From the NCBI RefSeq assembly GCF_009834535.1, contig NC_045696.1, positions 49,974,001 through 50,038,000 of the forward strand: a stretch of 64,000 bases of DNA. Direction: 5' to 3'. Shown one piece after another: positions 26,898-39,367 of the stretch; positions within the stretch are counted from its first letter, which is position 1; each line of letters begins with the position of its first letter. This stretch comes from Camelus ferus (lineage: Eukaryota). Both the position numbers and the translations under genes were made by a program. The notes beneath the pieces were generated by a model, which saw only the letters and a list, made by a program, of their open reading frames with translations, made no database searches and was not told the DNA's origin.

Positions 26898-28046
26898 GTG
26901 TGTGTGTATATATATATGTATAAAATATCTGTGTTCACCTCTCCTGGACAATGCAGTGATAATGCTTTTCAGCATATCATCTATACATTTAAAAATTTCC
27001 ACTGTACACTGTACATCTGTCTTCTTTAAAGTACGAATCATATTGTTCTAAGTTGATCCCATATGCCCAGCCCCCTCCTTCTACTCTGTGAACATCACTC
27101 AGGTCCCCTAAGGATCTGAAGGGCCTAGAGCAAGAGGGCCAGTGGAAGCCCTTGTACCATATATGGAAATACAATGTCATAATGATTTACGGGGCTGGGT
27201 TTGAAATGAAAACCCTCAGACTCTTTGAAAATCTGTTCTTGCACTACAATGAGAACTTGCTCCAGTGTCTGGCTGCTTCTGTTCCCACACATGACTTATC
27301 CCTCACTGAACCTCAAGCTGGTGCACGTACGTGGACACCAGGCTGGCACATCTCTTAGGATTTGAGGGGTGCACACCAAAGGCCCAGATTGTTTGTGAGA
27401 TGATGGCACAGGGGAAAAGGGCCAAGAAGACCCTAGAAATAAATTTAGGACCATTTGAGCAGGGACTTTTGGTGTCCTTGGTACTAGGAGTGAGGTTTAG
27501 AACAAGAAGGTACGTTCAGGTTTGGGGTTGATGTTATTGCACTGCCCTATGGTTTAACTCTGCCCCCTGCCCTAGTCATACAGCCTTCATCCAGCCACAG
27601 GGGATGGTCTGAGGGTACTCCCTACCACACTGACTTTGAGGAACTCACTGCTAACTGTGGAGGCTTCCATCTAAAGAAATCATTACAAGTGTAGCAAAAG
27701 AAGATGTGCATTGAGAAGGTGCGCCTGGAAGTCTTTGACTTCGTGAGGTATTCGAGTAGCCTGAAAGGAAGAGTGGTTTACAATAGCTTAGCTTTGGGGG
27801 GCAAAGGGAGAAAGGGAAGAGCGTCCCAGTCAGAAGGAGCAGCTTGTTCAAATGCACAAGGGTGGGAATGAGCAGAGCAAGTTTGGGAAACTGGAAGGAG
27901 GTGATTTGGTCTGGTTGTGGTGGCCAGAGTAGGCAGGGGCTCACACATATATCCTCAAGTTACCAGACAAAAGTGAGAAACTCATTTGCACAATTTCCTA
28001 AATGCAGTGGCTTAGGATGGAAACCTTCTCCTGGAAATATACTTAC

Positions 28047-28141
28047 TCTCCCTTCTCACCAAAGCTTCCTGCTGCACCTACCAGCACCTGGACTTCACTC
28101 TGGGACAGAATCTCATCCCTGTATTGTCTCTGGTAGCTCGC
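28047..28141 (-). CDS. SLC9C1: SLC9C1 coding exon 13 (ASYQRQYRDEILSQSEVQVLVGAAGSFGEKG)
   Basis: ttttag| ... GA|GTAAGT, 95 nt. Confidence 0.95.
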
Positions 28142-29459
28142 CTAAAAGAAATATTGTGTCAAATATTATATAATATGGATGATAATGACAATGTATTATT
28201 CCCTTTATGGAAAAATAATCTGTGAGAAGGAAGTCAAAATCCCCAAGTAATCTAGTACCTTTACATAAAGACTCTTTCTATGGAGACCATACTATGAGAT
28301 CAGTGCAGAAAGTAGGTCAGAGCTTTGGGTGGAATGAAACTGGTTCTGCAGGAAACTAGGCCCCTGTTAGATGTTAATTAGATTTTCAAAAATGAGTAGG
28401 AGTTCTGTGGCCAAGTAAGTGTGGGAACTGCTACAAACTTTCCCCATCTGAAAAGTTTATAATGCATACTAGAACAGTAGAGGCACTGAGAAATCTTACA
28501 GTAAGGGATTCTGGTTTATGCCTTTGCTTAATTCCAGTTTCCCAAATATTTTGACAACAGCACTCTCTCATCTCCAATTTATTTCAAGCATGAAATGTAC
28601 TTCCCCTGTGGTGCAGAACACAGATATTCATTCAGTCAGTCCATGTCCTGAGAACCACTTTGCTTCAGTGTGTTGAACATTATTGAGAGTCAACTTCCTA
28701 AATTGGAATGCATGACATGATTAAGGATTCCCAGGTTCTACAGAAGACATTCTGTCTGCATAATCATTTATGGACATTAAAACATGGTTTTGCTCTTAGG
28801 GGAATACTAGAAAGGGATAGAACTAAATTTAAAGATGAAAAATCAAAAGGCTATTTGTTCATAATTACAGAAATTCAGTAGAGTATCATTTTCCTTTTTA
28901 AACATCATTAGAATACTTGTAAAATAACCTGAAGTTAACATATTTTCAGTATCCTCAAAGATAAACACTGTAGTTTGTGGGAAAAATGGGAAAAATAAGG
29001 AAGGTGAAAATAATATGGAACTCATGTCATTTGTCACACAAACAACGAAGGAGTTCAATCCTAGAAAAATGTTAATTCTTAAATGATCGTTCACATCAAA
29101 ATGTAAGAACAATTTAGAGAATGGTTGATTCCTAAAAATAACTGCCATTCATTGAGGTCTCTAATATAATATTGAACTAACATCATAATTTATGTTTTAC
29201 ATAAAATTATTTAATTCTTGCAACAACTTTATGAGTAAGGTATTTTAATTGGCATTTTACAGATGAGAAAGCTGAGGCTCAGGGAGTCAAGTAGTTTTCT
29301 CAAGATCACATCAGAAACTCAGTTCTCTCTGAATTTAGAGTCTGTCCCCCATTCCCCATTAGGTTATGCTGTCTCTCCGGTACCACTATCTTGCCATGAT
29401 GTTATTTCTCTTCTAACGTACAGTTGTGGAAGAGATATTGCTCCAGTTAGTAAGAACTG

Positions 29460-29780
29460 GCTGAGATTTAAATAAAAACTCTCAAAGCTTTGAAAACTGT
29501 AATAACCAATGAATAATACTATTGGGAGCCGTGAACATTAGAGTTAAGATTGTAGAAATCAAATCAACAAGCCAAGATAAACAAGAAAACATGTCTAGAA
29601 AGAAGACGGACTAAAAAGCCATGAAGTGAGATGAAGATCTAGAGAATAGAACAGAGAGATCCAACCTCCTTTGAAAAATAAGATTTCCAGATTAAGACCT
29701 AACACATAGCACAAAATCAACAAAGATATAACAGCAGAAACAGAAAACAAACATTTAAGGCAATAAATCAAAAAGGATCT
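29460..29780 (+). mobile_element. Ancient L1 ORF1/HAL1-like fragment
   Basis: A-rich; GATCTAGAGAATAGAACAGAGAGATCCAAC = DLENRTERSN, resembling the ORF1p DLE(N/D)RSRRxN motif. Confidence 0.5.
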
Positions 29781-30819
29781 GGGAGTATATATTGCAGAAA
29801 ACATAGGATTATCACACATGGCTGGGAATCTAAGAAGTCATTCAGTTAGCATAAATTTCCCCTTTTATGGATGGGGAGAAAGAAGACTAAAAAGAATAAG
29901 CCCTGAGTCATACATCATATTAATAATGAAACCAAAACTGAGTCTCCTGCATTGATTTTAAGGGTTCCTGAATATCATATTTCCTGAAATAAATTAAAAA
30001 TCTGGAAGTGACTCAAGAACATGATCTCATAAAATCTGCTGGGGGAACAAAGCACCACATAGGCATAAGTTCATCCTTCATGGCACTACCTCAATTACTC
30101 AAAGAAGTTTTTTATGAGGACCTTGGAAAGCTGTCTTTTAGACTCAGCTTGTCTGCCAGGACTACTGCTGAAGAGGGAACTGTCGTACCCTAAAGAACTT
30201 CCATTTTCCATGTTACACTGAGCAAGCAGAATCCTGTATGCATGGAATAGCTGAGAAATGAAGGCCCGGCATGAACATTTCAAGAGGATGAGTCATGCCA
30301 ACTAGTAAAGACTCTGACCTGGACAGAAAATGTTAACTGGGCTATTAACAATTTCTCACAGAGTCCTATATGCTGCTGTGCTACAGAATTTCTTGAATTT
30401 TTACCTAAGATTTGATATGAAAACGTACTACCCACAGTTATTAGTGGACCTGGTGGTATTCTTCAACTGAAAAATTGGTTGGGACCCAGATATGGGCAGT
30501 GTCATGGAACTGACTGCATAACACATCAGAAGGCAGAGCTCAGCTGTAATTCCTGCCATTGGGATCTGTGAAATTCCCAGTTTCTCAAAATAAACACCTA
30601 CTTAAGCTAATTTAAGTGGATTTTTTTTTTCTTTTTCCCTTTTCTTTTCCTTTTTGCAGTCAAGCAGATTCCCAAGACAATGCCAAACTTCCCTTTGCCT
30701 TTCTAAGCAATCCATTAAAATATGCAGGGTGAATATAACCAAGATGTTTGAAGCAAGGAGGAAATTTTCAGTATAATTTTAGCCCAGCATTTTATTTATT
30801 TTTTAATTTTAATTCTTTT

Positions 30820-31310
30820 AGTATAGTACTGACACAGAAGCAGAAACATAAATCAATGGAACAGACTAGAGAGCCCAGAAGTAAACCCATGCACTTATGG
30901 TCAATTAATCTACGACAAAGGAGGCAAGAATATCCAATGGAAAAAGATAGCCTCTTTAAAAAGAGGTGCTGGGAATGCTGGACAGCTCCATGTAAAAGAA
31001 TGAGATTAGAACATTTTCTTACACCATATACAAAAGTAGACTCAAAATAAATTAAAGACCTAAACATAAGACCAGAAACCATAAAACTCTTAGAAGAAAA
31101 CATAGGTAGGACAGTCCATTGATGTAAGTCATAGCAAGTATTTTTTTGGATCTGTCTCCTAAGGTAAATGAAACAAAAGCAAAAAATTAATAAATGGGAC
31201 CTAATTAAACTTCAAAGCTTTTGCACAGCAGGGAAACTATTGACAAAATGCAAAGACAACGTACTGAACGGGAGAAACATATTTGCAAATGATATGACTG
31301 ATAGCCAGTA
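30820..31310 (+). mobile_element. L1 ORF2 internal fragment
   Basis: [13 protein letters not shown]...[15 protein letters not shown] and WDLIKL-like L1 ORF2 motifs. Confidence 0.9.
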
Positions 31311-31339
31311 ATTTAAAAAGCATATAATAAAGTACTAAC

Positions 31340-31465
31340 TATTTGTGCCGACAAGAGACGCCTGTTGGCCAGCTCCATTGCTTCAATGTTAAGGGTCTCA
31401 TCTATTTCCTTGTTACAGTCTAGACATCTCACTTTTTGATGTTCTGTTGTTTCTCCTTGGCTCAA
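31340..31465 (-). CDS. SLC9C1: SLC9C1 coding exon 12 (LSQGETTEHQKVRCLDCNKE...RRLLSAQI)
   Basis: acttag| ... ATA|GTTAGT, 126 nt. Confidence 0.93.
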
Positions 31466-31756
31466 CTAAGTAAAACACAAATCAAAACCAAAAAACCAAC
31501 AAACAAACAAACAAACCCATAAATGTTAACATATTTTTTAGCATAAACTTTAAGCAATTCACATATCTGTTTGGTTTGAAAAATTATACAAAATCTTCTA
31601 GATACAGAAAAATGTTCAGATGAGTTTCCTCATCTTTGCACAGTCATCTAGAAGGTAAAATAATTGCCAGTTTTGGGGGGAAGGAGTTAAGCTTTACCTT
31701 TAATGGCATCATTAGTAGTGTGTAAAAGCTACTACATTTCTGATCACACTTGAAAC

Positions 31757-31938
31757 AAGTGGTTCTGAAAGTGAGGTCCCCCAGCAGCATAGCCTCACCT
31801 GGGCATTGTTAGAAATGTACATTCTCAGGCCCCACCACAGACCTGCTGAATCAGAAACTCTGGGGGTTTCAGCAGCAAACTGTGTTTTTACAAACCTATT
31901 CCGTGATTCTGCTACAGTTTAAGTGTGACGACCACTGC
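31757..31938 (+). mobile_element. MER5A (hAT-Charlie MITE)
   Basis: agtggttct...ttgttagaaatg...tcagaaactctgggg...accactg. Confidence 0.85.
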
Positions 31939-31999
31939 TTTAAACTAATCACTTAAGATAGAATACAAAGTGAACATGGCGTTTAGGAGATGGATATAT

Positions 32000-32135
32000 G
32001 GATAACTCCATTTTACAGATGAAAAAAGCTGAGGCTTAGATAAAAGAAAGGCTTACAACAGATCACAAAGCTACTTATTAAGTGTCAAAGCTAGGACACA
32101 AACCCAGATTTTCTGAATCCAAAGCCATTGTTCTA
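32000..32135 (-). mobile_element. MIR SINE (further MIR cores at about 17050-17160, 20880-21000, 21370-21530, 26150-26330, 29200-29330)
   Basis: cattttacagatgaaaaaagctgaggcttaga MIR core. Confidence 0.75.
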
Positions 32136-32224
32136 TCTAGAATGCTAGAATATCCGTCGTGTCTGCATTGTAAAGAGAATGCAGCTTTTTAAAATTACCT
32201 GCCTTCTGAAACAGATCAAGTACC

Positions 32225-32400
32225 CAAGTGGTAGCCTTAACCCTGAGGCTTTGCGTTAGAATTAGCTGGGTAAATGGATTAAAAATACATATTCCTGGGA
32301 CCCTTCCTCAGACCATCTTGCATCAGAATCTCCTGGGTAGAGGTTGGGAAATCAATCTGTATTTTTAATAAGCTTTGCAGGTGATTCTGATGCAGCCAGG
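32225..32400 (+). mobile_element. MER5-like MITE
   Basis: catcagaatctcctggg...tttaataagc...caggtgattctgatgcagcc. Confidence 0.7.
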
Positions 32401-33252
32401 TTAGCAAAAGGCCACCATCAGATGCTGGGAGCTACTCTAAAGTCCATAGACTTGACTTGGTGTTCTTATCCAGAAATCTTGGCAGTATTCCTGTCAGGTA
32501 AAGGGCTTCATTCTGGGCCCCCATCTGGAGCTTCAGGTACCTTTTAAAGGATATAAAATGGATTGTTGGAAATCCTATTCCATAGCAACCAATTATATCT
32601 ACACTCCTAGAAGTTGACCCCTCATGTTGTGTGATGCAGAAACATTGCAGTGAAAACTGGATGTGATATAGGAGATGGCAAACCAGAAGAAGCATTGAGC
32701 AGATCCCAGAACAACTTTTATTATTTCCCCCTAGGCAATCATGACCACTGATGAGTTACGTACTCAGAAATGAATAAGAAATCTGACCACGGAGATTCTA
32801 CAGCATATCTCAGAAGCAGGAGGTGATGTTTCACCACATACTATCTTACGATATTGGTTTGGATCCTGTTTTATATTAAAAATGATATTAACTATAAGCT
32901 AGCAAGTACATACATATGTAAGTGTATTATATACTGTATAATAGCCTAAATAAATGCTGAATAAATGTTGTCCACCCTCAATCTAGTAAAAAAAACAAAC
33001 AAAAAAAAACCTAGCCATTTTCCAAGGCTCAGTCTCTTCTTTTTCTTTTAAAGGCAGCTCCAATACACTGCTCCTTCTTTTGAAATTACAATATATATTT
33101 GCTATACACTCAAAAGGGGCTGTCCCCTCTACTGTGTCCCACAGTGATCACAAAATTCCCTAAAGCTGTGAATTAATAAGTATAACATTTATACTTATTT
33201 AAAAGCAATCATATCCACCTTGAAGGAATAAACAAAAGTGTTACTTGCTTAC

Positions 33253-33419
33253 CGCATATGGGTTTTGAAGTATAATTGCTTCCTCCACTATGTTCCAGTC
33301 TGCATTGGCAAGGTCTTTGTCAAATTTGAGTGCCGAGGCTGCAGATTTGGTTAGCTCTTGAAAATGTTGAAATGTGTAATACAGTGACTTACATCTTGTT
33401 GATGTGACATCACGAAGAC
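33253..33419 (-). CDS. SLC9C1: SLC9C1 coding exon 11 (GLRDVTSTRCK...ANADWNIVEEAIILQNPYA)
   Basis: tcaaag| ... GCG|GTAAGC, 167 nt. Confidence 0.95.
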
Positions 33420-33619
33420 CTTTGATACAAGGAGCACACTTTATAAATAGTAAAAACACCATCATTTTGATACGAATTAATAAGCTGCCTTTAGTTCTTA
33501 TTGTCACTAGTGTTTTTTTAAGTTAAAGACTCATATTGTTTGATAATGGGAATACTAACAATTTCATACTTTCATACTCTGTCTCACAAAAGCTGAGGTA
33601 CATAATGATAATAGTAAAA

Positions 33620-33955
33620 GCTATTTGGGTAAACATGATTCTGACTGTGTCTGTGACAGTATTTCTGGATTTAGATTGGTGGTCTGAGAAAAGGAGACTG
33701 CCCTCCACAATGTGGGCAGCCTCACCCAATTCACTGGAGGCCTAAGCAGAAGAATAAAAGGCTGAGCAAAAGAAAATTCACTCTCTCTGCCTGATGGTCT
33801 TTGAGCTGGGACACTGGTCCTCTTCTGCCTTCAGACTGGGACTGGAACCCACCCTGTCGGCTTTCGTGGTTCTCAGGCCTTTGGACTGAAGATCTTGGGA
33901 CTTCTTAGCTTCTATAATCACGTGAGCTAGTTCCTCATAATAAATCTCTTTCAAT
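33620..33955 (+). mobile_element. MLT2-type ERVL LTR
   Basis: gccctccacaatgtgggc, ctctctgcctgatggtctttgagctggg, aataaatctct followed by a (TA)-rich tract. Confidence 0.8.
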
Positions 33956-34318
33956 ACATACATATATATATGTATAGAGATAAGAGAGGGAGAATATATG
34001 TACATTTACATATATTAGGGTTTTTATATATGTATACATGTATAGCCATACCTCCTACAAAGTATCTCCTACACATCTATATGTATATGTACATATAATC
34101 CTGTGTTGTGTGTATATATATATTCTGTACACATAAACACAGAATATATGTACATATATACACATAGATGTGAAGGAGATATATATGTAGGAGGTATAGA
34201 TACACATATATGTGTACACAGAGTATGTGTACACATATACATATATTTCCTACCTATATATAAGATCATACATATGACAAGTATTTATGGTATATATTTA
34301 TTTATCTCCAGATATATA

Positions 34319-34442
34319 CAGTTGACTCTCGAACAACACAGGAGTCAAGGGTGCCAACCCTCCACGAAGTTGAAAATCTGTATATAAATTTACAGTTGGC
34401 TCTTCATATCCGTTGTTTTGCATCCTCAGAGTCAATAAACTG
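34319..34442 (+). mobile_element. Tigger2-like (Tc1/mariner) fragment
   Basis: TA followed by CAGTTGACTCTCGAACAACACAGG, a Tigger2-like terminus. Confidence 0.7.
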
Positions 34443-35184
34443 GTATTTCTGCTTCTACTCTCTTCAAAGCCAATCAGATATCCACAGAACTAGAGTTGTC
34501 ATTTTTAAGACCTTATTCATAAAATTATACTAACTTGCTTAAAACCAACCAAGTAATTCCTTTTGTTCTTAGAATAAAATCTCAAAATTCAAGGGCTTTC
34601 CTTATCTAACTCCTTCCCTACCTCTCCCACCAGCCATCCTCCTCTGTCGGCATTGTTCTCGAAGGTTCCAACACCTCACCCTCTGTCCTTGAACACACTT
34701 GCTTTCTGACTTCCTCAGGAATCTACTACCTATTGTGTTTTCTATTTTAGTTTTATGTGCTTTGTTTACTTTGATGCACAAATGATTCACTGATACTACT
34801 TTATTTTGACCTTGCTTACTGTCTGTTTCTCCTCTCTCCAATGTAAGCTCCATCAACTCAGAAATTTTGTCTGTCTGCATAATGCATCATTGTTAGAATA
34901 ATGCCTGGCACTATAGGAGGCTCTTAATAAAAGTTTGTTAAATAATCAAATAAACTTATTGTATTATTTTACTTAAACTGGACTAATATAAATAAGTAAT
35001 CTTTAAAAATAAACAAGCTTATTGGCCCAAACAATTCAAATGACATTCCATTCCATTCCAGTTTCCTCTTCAATCAGACACCATTGATTTGTATTTATAT
35101 GGCTTCTTTCTTCATTATTAGCAATTCTTTAGCATATTTGGAATATTTTCCTCTTCACTCAGAGTAGGAATTAGCAGGGCTTAC

Positions 35185-35266
35185 CTAGTTCACTAACTGC
35201 CATTGGCAAAATAAATCTATTGATAATCATGCCAATTAAGCATACTGACACTCCATGAAATAATAT
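35185..35266 (-). CDS. SLC9C1: SLC9C1 coding exon 10 (ILFHGVSVCLIGMIINRFILPMAVSEL)
   Basis: ttccag| ... G|GTAAGC, 82 nt; last transmembrane helix of the transporter domain. Confidence 0.95.
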
Positions 35267-36119
35267 CTGGAATTGAAAAAAAATACAAATAAGTGTTCAT
35301 GACAGTTTCATATAATGCACTCTGTATTTACCAATGTAACTTAAGCTAGGTTGTACTATGTCAGTAGGTGCTCAGGGCAGAAGAGAATTGGGTATCAGAC
35401 ATGACGAAAGTACTCTGGGGACTCACTTTCTTCCTGTGTGTACTGCATTCATGTTTTTAAAACCAAACCAAAAGTCAAGACACATGGTTTGACAAGTACT
35501 GATATACTTATAGAGACATTAGGGAAAAAAAAAAAAAAAACTTGTTCTTAAATTCCATTACTGCACTTCTTGGGCCCTGGAAATATACCTGTACTTTATC
35601 AATTCTTATCTGACATACACACCTCCATGTACGTAGCCACACAGTTCTCTGCTCAATGTTACCAGCACATTTGTATCAAATAATTCTCCCCACCTAGGAA
35701 AAGAGAACTCAGAGGCCTTGATACATTTGCTCCACCTCATACTTTTTCTCTCTGGCATCCTTCATTGCCAGCAGGGAGGAGCAACTGATGTCTTTTGTGC
35801 CCCTGGATTTTTTTTCTCCACTTTAATCTCAAGCAGGCCTCCACAGACAGGTTGAAAACCACTTTTCAATCTGATACTACATATTTCCATTAACTTATGG
35901 AATTCTAAGTTTCAGAACTTATGTTAGACTCCTAGCCAGTCCTCTGTTCTCTGGCCACAGATGGGGATTACGAATAGAGCATGAAACGACACCAGAGGCT
36001 CTCAAGGTTGCACACTAGGATCATTCAAGAAACTTTAAAAAGTTGATGCCCAGGACGCTCCCACTGAATGCTCTGATTTAACTCTTCAAGGCTGCAGCCC
36101 AAGCAGTGGTAATTAGAAA

Positions 36120-37180
36120 AATCGAGCTATAATCTACACACATTGAAATGTATTTGTGTATCACTTGATGTTTTGACAGTGCATACACCCACATAACCCT
36201 CAGTTCTATCAAGATGTAGACTATTCCCATATCCCTCCAAATTTCTCTAGTGCTGCTTCCCAGTCAATCTCTCATGCAATGAGAAGCAACCACTGTTCTT
36301 ATATTTATTTCTATAGATGAGAATTGCCAATTTTAAAACTTTCACATAAATTAAATATTAGGTTTCTCATTGTAGTTTTAATTTGCATTTCCCTAGAGTA
36401 ATGATGTTGAGCATTTTAATGATGTAGTGCCTAGTGGTATATATCTTTCTTTCTTTTTTTTTTTTTTTGGAACATCTATTCAGCTCTTTTGCCTACTTAA
36501 AAAAATTGGGTTGTTTTTCTTTTATTATAAAATTGTAGGAATTTTGAAAAATATATTCTGGATAAAGTACATTGTCATATATATATATATTATAGACATT
36601 TCCTCCCAGTTTGTGACTTACCTTATCAATTTCTGTAAGCTATCTTTTGATAAGCAAATATTTTTAGTGTTAATGACCTCCAATTGTTTTGTTTTGTTTT
36701 GTTTTTGACCTCCAATTGTTGTTGTGGTTTTTTTGGTGGTTGTTGTTCTAAAAACCCTTTGTCAATTCCAAGTTCTCAAAGGTGTTCTCTTAGGTTTTCT
36801 TCCAGAAGTTTTAGAGGTTTTGATTTTATATTTAAGTCTATGATCCATCTGGAATCAGTTTTACATATAGTGTGAGGTAAAAACAGAAGTTTTCTTTTCT
36901 TTTTTTTCTAAATGAATGTCCACCATTTTCAGGATTGTTCAAAACCATTTGTCAAAATGATTATCCTTTCCCCTACTGAACTGCTTTGACAATCATCAAA
37001 AATCAACTGATTGTATAACTGTGAGTCTTTTCTGGACTCTTTATTATATTCCACTTATCTATTTTATGCCAATATTATACCAACTTAATTACCATATTTT
37101 TATAATAAGTCCTGATCTCAGATAAGATAAATCCTACAACTTTGTTCTTCTTTTTCAAAATTGTTACTGCTATTCTAGGT
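36120..37180 (-). mobile_element. Old L1 fragment
   Basis: Antisense ORF2 motifs (tttaagtctatgatccatctgga, ttgcatttccct). Confidence 0.75.
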
Positions 37181-37852
37181 AACCTCTCTAAATGATTTTA
37201 TTTACTAAAGTTTTATTTCAAAGCAGGTCAGCATGGCATCATTATCATCATCATCATCATCGCTCAGATATTTTGTACATTTCCTATATGCTAAACAATG
37301 TGTGCATCATTTTATGTATATTTTCAGCTTCTCATAATGACCCTTTGAGATAGTGGAGACAGTGAGATAGCCAGACAGACCTGGCTCTTATCAGTTTCTG
37401 AGGGCTGATCATTAAATTTTCAGGAAGTGTATGAGTGGACTGATGTTCTGTTGATGAAAGTGATTACACAACAGAAACTGGCAAACACTACAAATTAGGG
37501 TCTCCCTCTCCAAGAAAGTTACTTGTTAAATATTTACTAGCAAGCCATTGGTAGTATTATTAAGTCTGTTTTGGAATGAGGAAATTATAAAATGATTTAT
37601 AAGGTTTAATGCCTTGACTTTCACAATAAACCTATGTTTTGGAGTGTCATGGAGGCATTCAGGGATCCCTGAACTAGAATGGAGAAGAGGAAGGTTGTCG
37701 GTTGTTCCTTCTCATCCCAGTTTTCTCATTGTGGATAATCCACTCCCACAGCCCCAATGGGGTTGAGAAATCTCATGACAAAAGCATATTTTAGTACATA
37801 GAAACAATTTTTATAAAATATTCAAATTAAAAAAAAAAACAACTTCCTTTAC

Positions 37853-38027
37853 TTGAGATTTTTCCCTCTCAGATCCAAGAGAAGATTCAGAGTAGGCAAT
37901 CAGAAGGGCCATGTTTATGTTGGGAGTCCCTTTCATTTCACTCCAGACCATTATGAATGCCCAGCGCCAGCTGAAACCATGACCAAGTCGAGACAAAAGA
38001 GGGCTTATTAATAGAAAGACCAGAAGT
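37853..38027 (-). CDS. SLC9C1: SLC9C1 coding exon 9 (RLLVFLLISPLL...WSEMKGTPNINMALL...EKSQ)
   Basis: ttttag| ... CAA|GTAAAG, 175 nt; matches ORF 37811..38083. Confidence 0.95.
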
Positions 38028-38897
38028 CTAAAAGACAAAACAAATTTTAAAAAGTTATTCTTGTCATAGAAATTTCTTTCCATTCCATTCTACACTAGAT
38101 CAATCTATCCCCCGTGGAACTGCCAGCTCTTAGACAAATAAGCCATCTCTCACACACCAGTCAGCATGGCACCCGAGGAAGGCAGAAGGGCGTTCCACAC
38201 AGAGACAGGACACACCAAGAGAATGGCATTATTCTCTTTCTTTCTTCTTTCTTTCTGTCAGGTAAGTAGTAGGGTGATTCCACACTGCCCTTGAATGATG
38301 CTTCTTCATACTGGAGATGTTTTGTAAATATACTCTATCTTAGATTCCCCCAAACAAATAAAAACAAATCTAATAAATAAGAAGTCACAAAATAATGTCC
38401 TCTCTTTTTCTTTCTTTGTAGATTTTAATCTTACTGAATCTGTCTGGTATTGGTTAATTCGTTTCTATTTCTTTTTTCAGTCACATATCATTCTTATATT
38501 TCACAGTAATTGTTTCTGATAATTTGGAACTAATTTCCATGTACTTGGCACTAGCTAACTTGATGCCGACTCCCAACTAATTTTCCTCGCTAGAGGCAGA
38601 ATGTTAGCATTTTGGGTGATGGAGATGAAAGGATTGTTATGGTGGTTTTCCTCTTCTATGTTATGTCCTTTTCAGCTACGTGGGCAGACTGCTTTCTGCC
38701 TCTTAATACTAGAAAGGGACTACAAAATTTATTAGGCAAAAAAGGTATTTATATGGAGGACTTCCTTACAATATCTAAAAAGCTATTTCCAACTATAATT
38801 TACTAATAGGAAATTATTTGCTATATAATATTAAGAAAACAAAGCAAGATAAAATTTTTATTTGTGATAGGTATTTAACTTCATGAAACCTCATAGA

Positions 38898-38899
<2 letters not shown>

Positions 38900-38934
<35 letters not shown>
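38900..38934. repeat. Pure poly(A) tract, 35 nt
   Basis: Direct read. Confidence 0.95.
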
Positions 38935-38935
<1 letters not shown>

Positions 38936-39223
38936 ACTGGCTAAAATATCCAAAATGTTAATAATGGGTGCCTCTGGGAAATAATATAATGAAAGATTTT
39001 TTTCTCTTCTTTCTAATTTTCAAAAACTTTTCAAAGTGTTTGCATTGTTTGAAATGTAGTTAAAAACTGGGGGGGGGGGAACTAAGCACTAATTTGCAGA
39101 TGATTCCTTGAAGCTTAAGAGTGAATTTTTCATTCTAAGGAAGGAAACATTTCTGTTATTCAAACAATATCTTTAGGCTTAGTTTATGTTCTATAAATAG
39201 AAAAATTCAAATGACATTCTTAC

Positions 39224-39367
39224 CTGAAAACCATAAGTGTTAAGTAGACATTTAATGAATAATACACATCAGAAAATGATACATATAAATATGTATGTGC
39301 AGGAATTAGAAGTCCAACGAAAGTAAACACCATAAGAAAAGCAACAAATGATAGACAATTCCAGAAC
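39224..39367 (-). CDS. SLC9C1: SLC9C1 coding exon 8 (EFWNCLSFVAFLMVFTFVGLLIPAHTY...LMVF)
   Basis: acgcag| ... AG|GTAAGA, 144 nt, phase 2-2. Confidence 0.95.

Noticed and set aside
26939..27047. Protein-like minus-strand ORF (MIRTLKKTDVQCTVEIFKCIDDMLKSIITALSRR) as an extra exon
   Set aside because: Weak splice sites, 109 nt would frameshift, and the flanking exons already join into the expected SLC9C1 sequence
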